From positions 198,278,001 to 198,342,000 of the forward strand of contig NC_086097.1 in assembly GCF_963921235.1 (NCBI RefSeq): 64,000 bases of DNA, in the 5' to 3' direction. The notes beneath the pieces were generated by a model. That model did not search any database. It had not been told where the DNA came from and saw nothing but the letters and a program-made list of their open reading frames with translations. This document shows, in pieces, positions 36,903-48,821 of the stretch. How positions within the stretch are numbered: position 1 is the stretch's first letter; each line of letters starts with the position of its first letter. The stretch is from Mobula hypostoma (taxonomy: Eukaryota). The position numbers were made by a program, and so were the translations under genes.

Positions 36903-36994
36903 CACAGACTCACACTATTCACTGTTGGATGTAGTGTAGACTATTGTTAATGATCCTGGTACCCCTAGAAGTAGTTTCCTGCGTCGAATCTTAC

Positions 36995-37054
36995 CACAGA
37001 TTCACAGTTTGGATATGTACATCTCTTGCCCGGAGGAAGGATACTAAACTGGAC
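36995..37054 (-). CDS. Candidate 60-nt exon (SSLVSFLRARDVHIQTVNL or VQFSILPPGKRCTYPNCESV)
   Basis: Acceptor atttcttccccttcaaag, donor tg|gtaaga; length divisible by 3; two open frames. Confidence 0.35.
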
Positions 37055-37626
37055 CTTTGAAGGGGAAGAAATCCTTTATAATGAATCAAACGAAAATAGG
37101 GAATAAATAAAATAATTGTAGAAAGAATGTGGTATTACTCCAAAATTAGAAATACAATTTCAGCAAAGAAAACAAATTCCTTATATATTTTTTAAGATCT
37201 GGCAAAGTCATGGAACTATAAACTTGAAGGAGAAGAGCTGGAACTCTTTAAGAAAATCAATGCCAAATAGGACAAATTAATAATTCTTTCCAGTGTTGGT
37301 GAGGTTAAGAAATCAATTCTCATCCACTGTAGCTGTTTATGTTGTGTTCCCACCACCCCTTCTAAAATATAACAGTGATAAATCTCCCCATCGATAGTAC
37401 CTTTCTGTTTAATGTGCCGCATTCAGTCTAATCTTCAAATAGCTTTCAGAATTGGGAAAGAGAAATTCTTATAAGTTCTTACGACCTCATGACTTTCTAC
37501 AAGTATAGAAGGAGATGGCTGCAGCAACAGATGTAATGTAAAGTGGACTACATTTATAACACAGCAGGAAGCTCTGTGTGTGTGCTGAACAAATTCTACT
37601 TTATCAGAACCATGAATTGATTAATT

Positions 37627-39002
37627 AACCATATAACCATATAACAATTACAGCACGGAAACAGGCCATCTCGGCCTTCTAGTCCGTGCCAAACACTTAC
37701 TCTCACCTAGTCTTATCTACCTGCGCTCAGCCCATAACCCTCCATTCCTTTCCTGTCCATATACCTATCCATTTTTTTTTAAATGACAAAATCGAACCTG
37801 CCTCTACCACTTCTACTGGAAGCTCGTTCCACACAGCTACCACTCTCTGAGTAAAGAAGTTCCCCCTGCCGTGTTACCCCTAAACTTTTGCTTCTTAACT
37901 TTCAACTAATGTCCTCTTGTTTAAATCTCCCCTACTCTCAATGGAAAAAGCCTATCCACGTCAACTCTATCTATCCCCCTCATAATTTAAAACACCTTTA
38001 TCAAGTCCCCCCTCAACCTTCTACACTCCAAACAATAAAAACCTAACTTGTTCATCCTTTCTTTGTTACTTAGGTGCCGGAACCCAGGTAACATTCTAGT
38101 AAATTTCCTCTGTACTCTCTCTATTTTGTTGACATCTTTCCCATAATTCAGTGACCAGAACTGTACATGATACTCCAAATTTGGCCTCACCAATGCCTTG
38201 TTCAATTTTAACATTACATCCCAACTCCTATACTCAATGCTCTGGTTTATAAAGGCCAGCATACCAAAAGCTTTCTTCACTGCCCTATCCACATAAGATT
38301 CCACCTTCAGGGAACTATGCACCATTTTCCCTAGATCACTCTGTTCTATTGCCCTACCATTTACCATGTATGTCCTATTTTGATTAGTCCTACCAAAATG
38401 TAGCACCTTACACTTATCAGCATTAAACTCCACCTGCCATCTTTCAGCCCACTCTTCTAACTGGCCTAAATCTGTCTGCAAGCTTTGAAAACCTACTTCA
38501 TTATCCACAACACCACCTATCTTAGTATCATCTGCATACTTACTAATCCAATTTACCACCCCATCATCCAGATCATTAATGTATATGACAAACAACAATG
38601 GACCCAGTACAGATCCCTGAGTCATACCACTAGTCACCGGCCTCCAACCTGACAAACAGTTATCCGCCACTACTCTCTGGCATCTCCCATCCAGCCACTG
38701 CTGAATCCATTTTACTACTTCAATATTAATACCTAACGATTGAACCTTCCTAACTTCCTAACTAATCTTCTGTGTGGAACCTTGTCAAAGGCCTTACTGA
38801 AGTCCATATAGACAACATCGACCGCTTTACCCTCATCAATTTTCCTAGTAACCTCTTCAAAAAATTCAATAAGGTTTATCAAACATGACCTTCCATGCAC
38901 AAATCCATGTTGACAGTTCCTACTCAGACCCTGTCTATCCAGATAATTATATGTATATATATACCATCTCTGAGAATACTTTCCATCAATTTACCCACCA
39001 TG
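37627..39002 (-). mobile_element. 5'-truncated CR1
   Basis: ORF 37987-38670 with QGSVLGP, YADD and LEY..QFWS motifs; (ggttatat)n tail. Confidence 0.93.
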
Positions 39003-39134
39003 GGGCAGTCTGAGAAGCAACCACTGCTTTGGCTCCTGATGACTTTATCATTGTGAGTACAAATCTAGTTCCATTCTGCAAATTATAGCAACACCTTTAG
39101 CCTTCCCTCTTATCCTAGGAACCAATTGGCACAA

Positions 39135-40495
39135 CTTGTTGGACCCTGTACTAATAATGGAGGAGGAGGTGGTTACTGTCCTGAGGCAAATTAGGGTGGA
39201 TAAATCCCTAAGGCCTGACAAGGTGTTCCCTCAGACCCTGTAGGAGGCAAATGCAGAAATTGCCAGGGCCCAGGCAGAGGTATTTAAATCATTCTTTGTG
39301 ACAGGTGAGGTACCGGAGGATTGGAGGATAGACAAAGTTGGTTTTGCTGATCAAGAAAGACTCTAAAAATAAACAAGGAAATTATAGGCCAGTGAGCCTG
39401 ACATCAGTAGTGGGAAAGTTATTGAGAAGTATTCTAAGGGACCGGATTTATAATTATTTGAATAGACAGACTGATTCAAGATATTCAGCTTGGCTTCATG
39501 CATAGTAGGTCATGTCTAACCAATCTTATAGGGATTTTCAAGGAGGTTACCAGGAAAGTTGATGAAGGCAAGGCAGTGTATGTTATCTACGTGGACTTTA
39601 GTAAAGCATTTGACAAGGTCACAGGGGAGGTTGGTCAACATTCAAGATGAGGTTGTAAATTAGATTAGACATAGGGTTTGTGGGAAAAGCCAGAGAGTGA
39701 TTGTAGATGATTACCTCTCCGAGTGGAGGACTGTGACTAGTGGAGAGCTGCAGGGATCAGTGCTGGGTCTGTTGATGTTTCTCATCTATGTCAACGATCT
39801 GGATGATAATGTGGTTCAGTAAACTTGTGGATAACACCAAGATTGGGACAGCAAGGAAGGCTATCATGGTTTGCGGCGGACTCTGGACCAGTTGAAAAAA
39901 TGAGCAGAGAAATGGCAGATGGAATTTAATGTAGACAAAAGTATGAGGTGTTGCACTTTGGTAGGACCATCCAGGGTAGGTCTTACGCAGTGAACTGTAC
40001 GGCTCTGAGGACAGTGGTAAAACAAAGGGATCTAGAATACAAGTCCATAATTCATTGAAAGTGACATTGCAGGTAGACCTGAGTGATAAGGAAAGATGAA
40101 TTGGTTAGAGCTTTATTCCTTAGAATTTAGAAGATTGAGAGGATATTTGACAGAGTTATACAAAATTATCAGGTGTATAGAGAGGGTAAGTGCAAGCAGA
40201 CTGTGAGTACAGCTGTTCACGGCTTAAGGGTGAAAGGTGAAAAGTTTAAGGGGAACATGAGGGGAAACTTCTTCACTCAGAGGATTGTGACAGTGTGGAA
40301 TGAGCTGACAACACATATAGTCCATGCAAGCTTAATTTCAACATTTAAGCAAAGTTTGAATAAATATGTAGATTGTCGGCGTATTGAAGGCTATGGTCAC
40401 TATGCAGGTCAGTGGGAGTAGGCAGTTTAAATGGTTTGACATGTTCTAGATGGGCTGAAGGACCTGATTCTGTGTGTACCTTTCAACAACTCTAT
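39135..40495 (+). mobile_element. Decayed CR1 3' half with internal deletion near 40080
   Basis: Same family as 1-1115 and 14420-15862. Confidence 0.88.
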
Positions 40496-41420
40496 ATGTA
40501 ATATGGGCTCAGTTTTCATCCCTCCATTAGCATAGTTTGACCTACTGGGTGTGATGGAGCGCCAAATATTAAATCTTTTCTCGTATCATTGTTTCTATTT
40601 TCACTTTCTAATTGATCTTATCTCATAGCTTTTGTTCCTTTTTTTAACCACTGAGTAATGTCTCCTGTTAAGCTGGATGACCTCTGAAACATATCCTCAC
40701 ATCAATCCTAGTATCACCCAATGAAGATATTCCCTTCATCCTAACTGTACCCTCTCGGCAACATAAAATGAATTTGTTTTCTCTCTTCCCTAGTGCTGAA
40801 GAAAATGCTTTGAACTGAAATATTAACCATATTGCACAGAAGCTGCTGAACGCTTCCAGCATTTTCTGTTTATGTTTGGGATTTCTAGCATCTGCAGATT
40901 TAGAATTCTGATATGTACATTGTATTCTGATTCCAAATTTCCACTGATTACCCAGAGTCTAGTGATATACTTGGAACATTCCTCCCTCACCACCATTCAG
41001 GGCCTCAGACAGTCCTTCCAGGTGAGGCGACACTTCACCTGTGAGTCGGCTGGGGTGATATACTGCGTCCGGTTCTCCTGATGTGGCCTTCTATATATTG
41101 GCGAGACCCGACGCAGACTGGGAGATCGTTTCACTGAACACCTACGCCCTGTCCGCCAGAGAAAGCAGGATCACCCAGTGGCCATATATTTTAATTCCAC
41201 GTCCCATTCATATTCTGATATGTCTATCCACGGCCTCCTCTACTGTAAAGATGAAGCCACACTCAGGTTGGAGGAACAACACCTTATATTCCGTTGGGTA
41301 GCCTCCAACCTGATGGCATGAACACTGACTTCTCAAACTTCCGCTAATGTCCCACCTCCCCCTCGTACCCCATCCGTTATTTATTTATATACACACATTC
41401 TTTTTCTCTCTCTCCTTTTT

Positions 41421-43221
41421 AGAAACATAGAAACATAGAAAATAGGTGCAGGAGTAGGCCATTCGGCCCTTCGAGCCTGCACCGCCATTTATTATGATCA
41501 TGGCTGATCATCCAACTCAGAACCCAGCCTTCCCTCCATACCCCCTGACCCCTGTAGCCACAAGGGCCATATCTAACTTCCTTTTAAACATAGCTAATGA
41601 ACTGGCCTCAACAGTTTGCTGTGGCAGAGAATTCCACAGATTCACCACTCTCTGTGTGAAGAAGTTTTTCCTAACCTCGGTCCTAAAAGGCTTCCCCTCT
41701 ATCCTCAAACTGTGACCCCTCGTTCTAGACCTCCCCAACATCGGGAACAATCTTCCCGCATCTAGCCTGTCCAATCCCTTTAGGATCTTATACGTTTCAA
41801 TCAGATCCCCCCTCAATCTTCTAAATTCCAACGAGTACAAGCCCAGTTCATCCAGTCTTTCTTCATATGAAAGACCTGCCATCCCAGGAATCAATCTGGT
41901 GAACCTTCTTTGTACTCCCTCTATGGCAAAGATGTCTTTCCTCAGATTAGGGGACCAAAACTGCACACAATACTCCAGGTGTGGTCTCACCAAGGCCTTG
42001 TACAACTGCAGTAGTACCTCCCTGCTCCTGTACTCGAATCCTCTCGCTATAAATGCCAGCATACCGTTCGCCTTTTTCACCGCCTGCTGTACCTGCATGC
42101 CCACTTTCAATGACTGGTGTATAATGACACCCAGGTCTCGTTGCACCTCCCCTTTTCCTAATCGGCCACCATTCAGATAATAATCTGTTTTCCTATTTTT
42201 GCCACCAAAGTGGATAACTTCACATTTATCCACATTAAATTGCATCTGCCATGAGTTTGCCCACTCACCCAACCTATCCAAGTCACCCTGCATCCTCTTA
42301 GCATCCTCCTCACTGCTAACACTGCCACCCAGCTTTGTGTCATCCGCAAACTTGGAGATGCTGCATTTAATTCCCTCATCCAAGTCATTAATATATATTG
42401 TAAACAACTGGGGTCCCAGCACTGAGCCTTGCGGTACCCCACTAGTCACCGCCTGCCATTCTGAAAAGGTCCCGTTTATTCCCACTCTTTGCTTCCTGTC
42501 TGCTAACCAATTCTCCACCCACACCAATACCTTACCCCCAATACCGTGTGCTTTAAGTTTGCACACTAATCTCCTATGTGGGACCTTGTCAAAAGCCTTT
42601 TGAAAATCCAAATATACCACATCCACTGGTTCTCCCCTATCCACTCTACTAGTTACATCCTCAAAAAATTCTATGAGATTCGTCAGACATGATTTTCCTT
42701 TCACAAATCCATGCTGACTTTGTCCGATCATTTCACCGCTTTCCAAATGTGCTGTTATCACATCCTTGATAACTGACTCCAGCAGTTTCCCCACCACCGA
42801 CGTTAGGCTAACCGGCCTATAATTCCCCGGTTTCTCTCTCCCTCCTTTTTTAAAAAGTGGGGTTACATTAGCCACCCTCCAATCCTCAGGAACTAGTCCA
42901 GAATCTAACGAGTTTTGAAAAATTATCACTAATGCATCCACTATTTCTTGGGCCACTTCCTTAAGCACTCTGGGATGCAGACCATCTGGCCCTGGGGATT
43001 TATCTGCCTTCAATCCCTTCAATTTACCTAACACCACTTCCCTACTAACATGTATTTCGCTCAGTTCCTCCATCTCACTGGACCCTCTGTCCCTTACTAT
43101 TTCTGGAAGATTATTTATGTCCTCCTTAGTGAAGACAGAACCAAAGTAATTATTCAATTGGTCTGCCATGTCCTTGCTCCCCATAATCAATTCACCTGTT
43201 TCTGTTTGCAGGGGACCTACA
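41421..43221 (-). mobile_element. Young 5'-truncated CR1 with unbroken 557-aa RT frame
   Basis: ORF 41517-43190 has all RT motifs and no stop; (tttctatg)n tail. Confidence 0.97.
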
Positions 43222-43450
43222 TTTTTCTCCCTCTGTCCCTCTCACTATACCCCTTGCCCATCCTCCGGGTTTTCCCCCCTCCCCCTTTTCTTTCTCCCTA
43301 GGTCTCCTGTCCCATGATCCTCTCATATCCCTTTTGCCAATCAACTGTCCAGCTCTTGGCTCCATCCCTCCCCCTCCTGTCTTCTCCTATCATTTTGGAT
43401 CTCCCCCTCCCCCTCCCACTTTCAAATCTCTTATTAACTCTTCCTTCAGT

Positions 43451-43488
43451 TAGTCCTGACGAAGGGTCTCGTCCCGAAACGTCGACTG
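43451..43488 (+). ncRNA. Intact minimal type I hammerhead ribozyme motif
   Basis: UAGUC CUGACGA A GGG ucucgu CCC GAAAC GUC GACUG: 5-bp stem I, stem II, palindromic ACGU in place of helix III. Confidence 0.8.
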
Positions 43489-43629
43489 TACCTCCTCTGA
43501 GAGATGCTGCCTGGCCTGCTGCGTTCACCAGCAACTTTTATGTGTGTTGCCATCTATTTCAGTATGTGGTCCCGTACCCAACCAGAAATTTTTGCATTAA
43601 GTACCAGAAAAAAAAATGGAGGCTACAAA

Positions 43630-44830
43630 ATCATAGAGTTATAGATTAGATTTACAGGCCTTTCAGCCCAACTCATTTATACCAACCAATATAATCTATA
43701 TGATCTGGTTGCAGTTGCCTAGATGTGGCCCATAGACCTCTAAACCATGTCCAAACAGTGTAATTGTACTTGCCACTACAGCTTCCTCTGGCATCTCATA
43801 TACTCACCATACTGACCACCCTCTGTGGGAAAAGGTTGTCTCTCAGGTCCCTTATAAATCTTTGCCCTCTCACGTAAAAGTAAAGATCTGTAGGTTTAGA
43901 CACCCCTATCCTGAGAAAATGGCTGTGACCATCCATCTTATCTACACCTCTTATGATTTAATATGCATGTATACAACCAGTCCAATTCCTTAAGGTTGTT
44001 CTAGCCAGGGGTGGTAGTGGTGATAAGCTCCCACTACCTATTAAATGCTCCCAATGGCTTGCGTCTCAAATAGTCTGTGTTAACCAAGTCCAACTCCTGG
44101 CTTTCATGTGTGGCTGAGCTACTAAGTCTGGCAAAACTTGTTCTACTGTAGGAGAAATGGCAAAGGTGGTTACTAACCTTAAAACAAGTTGCTTTGTACA
44201 GCTGGTGCTCATCAGCTATAGCTGGCACTCATTGAGGAGGAGAACTCTGATTTCAAACCTCCTTTGCAGTTGTACCCATTCATAGGAAAGGCTTCGGGAG
44301 TAAAACTCTGAGTGAAAAATCCAGAGTTAGAGTCCCTAAGGCATTGAGTTCCCTACAGTGAGTTCAACACTGACTGGCAGCTCCTGCAACACTGTTGGTG
44401 CCAAACTTTATCAGTCTCTGCCATTCCTTTGGAATCATCAGCTGCATGGAGATGGGGCGCGTGCTGCATGGGCAACAGCTTGCTCTGCATGGCATACTGC
44501 TCTGGCTAGGTCGCCACATCCATAGTTAATCCCAACCAACAGAAGGCCTTAGAAATGTCCACCGCTCAGCCTTCTATACTACAGGAAAGAGTCCCAGTTT
44601 TTCCAATCTTTCCTTATGACACAAGCCCTCCAGTTTCAGATACATGCTTGTGAATCTTTTCTGTACAATTTGCAGCTAAATACTCTACCTGTAGTCCCAC
44701 CTACAACTCGTACAGTTGCGACATTACATCTCACCTGCCTTGGCCAAAAAAGGCAAGTGTGCTAAGCACCTTCTGCACCATGTTACCTGCCTCTGTTGCA
44801 GATCTCAGGGGGCTAGGTATCTCTACCCCT
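43630..44830 (-). mobile_element. Very decayed CR1 3' region with an unrelated insert at about 43970-44550
   Basis: atcatagagttatag tail and CR1-like text on both sides of the insert. Confidence 0.6.
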
Positions 44831-45174
44831 GGATCTTCCATGCATAGCACTCCCTGGGCCGCCCAGAAACAGATCATTTGGCCCAACCTGTACATGACGA
44901 CCAAGAAGCCCCATCCAAGCAAGTCCCATTTGCCATTATTTGGTTCATAACCTTTCTAATCCATGCATCTGTCCAAATGTCTTTTAGAAGTTATAGTTAT
45001 TACAGGCTACCCTTGGCTTTATAAAATGTCACCTGCCATTCCTTGGCCATATCCACAATTCATCTACCTTCTCTGTCCACTAAACCACCAACTTTGGTGT
45101 CATCTAATACACAAACCACGTCAACAACACTGTCATCTAACTTGTTAATATAGATGCCAAATAACAGTGCATCC

Positions 45175-47368
45175 TGTTATGTTTTGTGACCTCAAAACAT
45201 AAAAACTAATTAAAAGAAAAACACAGAGCTGGGAGATACTTCTGCACATTCTTAGTTTTACTTTAAGTGAGATTTGTGCATATGACATAATGGTGTGATG
45301 ACGTATGCCATTCATGTATTTTTACATTATAACCTGTAGTGAATTATTTAAACGAACAAGAAGATTTAATCAAACAATATATTTACAATATTACCAAATA
45401 TTACTGAAATATTAAATGCACAACACTCTTCCCTGCTCAGCTATAAATTCCAACTCAATACAGAATGCAACTCAACTCAAATATGTAACGTATTGCTCTC
45501 CTGTCATCACAGTATACTATACAATACAACACATCCACAGCAGAGTAAATTTTAAATTGGCCCATTCAAGTTTAAAGATTTAGTCGCTGTGGAGGCTTTC
45601 TTACTCTTGTAGGATAATGTCCTCCCTGATAAGGGGGCTCACTCTGCTTGGCAGCTGAGACTTGCCGCTGTGAAACAATCTCCGGTTCTGGGGCCTCCTC
45701 CATGGTGGTTGAGGGATTTGACTCTGAGACTGCAAGAAGTGGTTCTGAAAGCTCAGGACACCTTTCCTCTGGACATGTTGGCATTCCAAACAGCGTAGGA
45801 CAAACTTCACTGGACAATGTGGATCATATTCCGGTGAGAGTAAATCTGATTTTAATTCTGATTGTGGTATTTCGCTGTTATAAATGTCATTCTTTCAGGA
45901 GTTATAATTTCTCCAGTATAAGTTATTAGTTGGATATTTGCAGGCTTCATTCAGTATCTTTGAAATGTCATTCAGCTCATTTCATGGAATGACTGAAATA
46001 GCCAAACCAGTGCCCAATTCCATTTTAATTAATTTACCATTCACTTCTGGTGTTAGCCATATTGTTTGTCTATTGTTAAATTTCACATTTTAAATCTCAA
46101 GGCTACCCAGTCCAATGTCACTCTCATCAACAGATTTTTCATCAACAGCTTGCAGACTAGTGCCCTTTTTGAAGCTATAACTTGACATTTTATCTTTCCC
46201 GTGCAATCCATTTACTTTCATCTGCCCAATATGCTCTTTGTCTGTGTCCTCATTTGTAGCATTCTCTGCAAGTCTTGACTTTAAATCTGCATTGGTCTGG
46301 TGTATGTGAGCTCCTGCCACAGTGGTAACACGATTTGTTCAGTCAGATTGATCTCTGTTTAGACATTGTAGTTTTGTTCATGCTCACTTTCATGTTTGAA
46401 TGCAACTCAATTGCACCTCTGTCTGCTGTTTCCATTCATACAGCTATTTCAACTGCTCTTTTAAATGCTGTTTCAGTTAGGAGCTGTTTTTGAATGCCTT
46501 CTTGTAAGATTCCACAAACTAAATCATCTCTCAGTGCATCATTAAGCTCATTACTAACTGACAATGTTCAGAAAACTTCTTCAAATCAGCCACATGTGCT
46601 GAACTGTACTCCCCTTCTTTTTGATTCCACCTATGAAACCTACAGCATTCTGCAATCAACAATGGTTTTGGTTCTAAATCTACCTGTATTATTTTCAAGA
46701 TAATGTCAAAGCTCATTTCGATTGGTTTGGTTGAAATAGTGAAACCGTTAAGCAAACTGTATCCCTTTAAATCCAATGCACTCAGCAAAATTGGCACTCA
46801 CTTCTCATTGGCTATTTCATTTGCTTTAAACTGATGTGTTCCATATACATACGATATTCCGTTATCTCTGGTATAATCAAACATTTCTGCTCTTTCTTTA
46901 TGATTTATTATCACCCAGTGCTCATTGCTTAAGAACTCATGAATTTTTCTATTTTCTGCCTTTTTTAAAACATGATTTTGTGAAGAAAATGTGCTGTTCT
47001 GAAGGAAAAAATTGTGTTGCACTTTTTTATTACTCAACCGTTTCCTGCTGCACTTTTCTAAAGTTGAATGTCTCACTGTGCAGGAACAGATTCATTCAAA
47101 AACTTCCTCATTGCCACTATTATGTTTTGTAACTCCAATACAAAAAACTAATTAAGAGAAAAACATGGAGCTGGGAGGTAACTTGAGTACATTTTTAGTT
47201 TTACCTTCAGTGAGGCACGTGCATATCATGTGGTGGTGTGATAATGTATGCCATTCACATACTTTTATATATAACCCATAATTAATTATTTAAACAAACA
47301 GGAATGCTTAATCAAACAATATATTTACAATATTGATCAAATATTACTGAAATATTAAATGGACAACA
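45175..47368 (-). mobile_element. Internally deleted Gypsy LTR retrotransposon
   Basis: LTRs of about 250 bp at 45175-45425 and 47118-47368; PBS tggcaatgagga (47105-47116); PPT agggaagag; gag Zn-knuckle and protease remnants; pol C-terminus YPTRVRKPPQRL. Confidence 0.9.
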
Positions 47369-48821
47369 GATCAAGCACCAATCCCACTGCACCACTGGCC
47401 AAGGCCCTTCCAGCAAATTACTTCTGTGTGCAATTGGCTTGCTCACTCCAGATGTCATGTGATCTAATTTTCCAGACTAGCCTACCTTGTCAACACATTG
47501 CAAAAGTCCATGTTGACAATGGCTACCACCTTGAACATCAATTTTCTTTGTTACCTCTTAGTCAAATTTGTGAAGGGTGACTTCCCTAGCACAAAGCCAT
47601 GTTGACTACACCTAATCATTTCTTGCCTTTCCAAATTCAGAATTTCCTTCAGTAGTTTTCCCATCACTCATTGGCCAGTAGCTCCCTGGTTTGTCCTTGT
47701 AGTTCCCTCACTTGTCTTTGTCCTTGATGTTTGGCAATCTCTTCTTGGAATGAGTAAATATTCTCTTAAACTATAGCCACAATTTACTGTAAATAAAGAG
47801 CTTTTCTCTTCCTCCAACTTTGAAAGCAAGAGAATTGATTAACAGTCACAGAAAGGGACTTCCTAAGGCAGAGTGTTCCTTGGCTAAGGAATATAGGACT
47901 TGCATGAACATGCCAATGCCAAATGTAGCTGCAAGCAAATGCATTAATTTATTTCCTTTTTGTTTTCTGGCTTAAATATAAGGAATAAAAGGGCTGACTT
48001 TGTCAAGCTGCCAGAGGTTGCTGGAGTATGGCAAGCCAATAGCTGCAATCAGAAAATGTATCTCCTTGAACCTAGTTGATTGTTGAAATATAGGAGAGCC
48101 TGGATTTTCCTGTGAAAGCTGCTTAGTATAGAGAAGGTCAGCCTCAAACCCTTACCGAGATCACAGGCTTCTGTCAAGTGGAGAGTATCATTGAAATTAC
48201 ATACACGCAATACTGAGAAATTCAACTCAAGATACTATTGACATACACAGGTATGGGTATTACAGTAACTAGGACAACAGTCCAATATATTGAGTATCTT
48301 CTCATCTATTTCTATCATTCTTCTAAATGCTGGGCTGAGTCTTCCAGACCCTTAGAGCAAAGGTAGTATGGAGGAGGATGGACAGTTGGTAATGAAGAAG
48401 AAAGAGAGGTTTTAACAATAGACATCCCTTTCTGAAATGTTAGATAGTGGAAGTTAGAAAAAGATGCTCTTCAAGTCATGTTGAGGCAGTCCTCAAAGGC
48501 AAAGTGAAAGCTTACTTCAGCATGAATGACCACTTTTATTACTTATTTTCAGGATCCGGGCATCACTGGAAACGCCAGCATTTATCTCCAATGACCTTTA
48601 AGAAGTGTCACCTTACAATGCTGCAACACTTCTGTTGTAGGCCCATAAATGACCCAAGGCCAACATGTGAAGTGATGTCCCACTGTGTATAAAACACTGA
48701 TCCAAAGCAATTGAGAGGCAGTTGGAATAAGTACCTTCTAAACCTCTTTCCTCACTTCTCCAGAAGTGAGAAAAGAGCATGGCCTAGATGGTTGGTGTCC
48801 TTATTGATGGATGATGGTAGC

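Larger units (their letters stand above)
40978..43550 (+). mobile_element. PLE 3' fragment (GIY-YIG remnant plus terminal repeat), split by CR1
   Basis: HFTCESAGVIYC..CGLLYIGETRRRLGDRF; pyrimidine-rich 3' region continues after 43221; ends gtgttgc. Confidence 0.9.

Noticed and set aside
41899..42603. ORFs antisense to CR1 RT (similar ones occur throughout the window)
   Set aside because: Shadow frames of LINE coding sequence.
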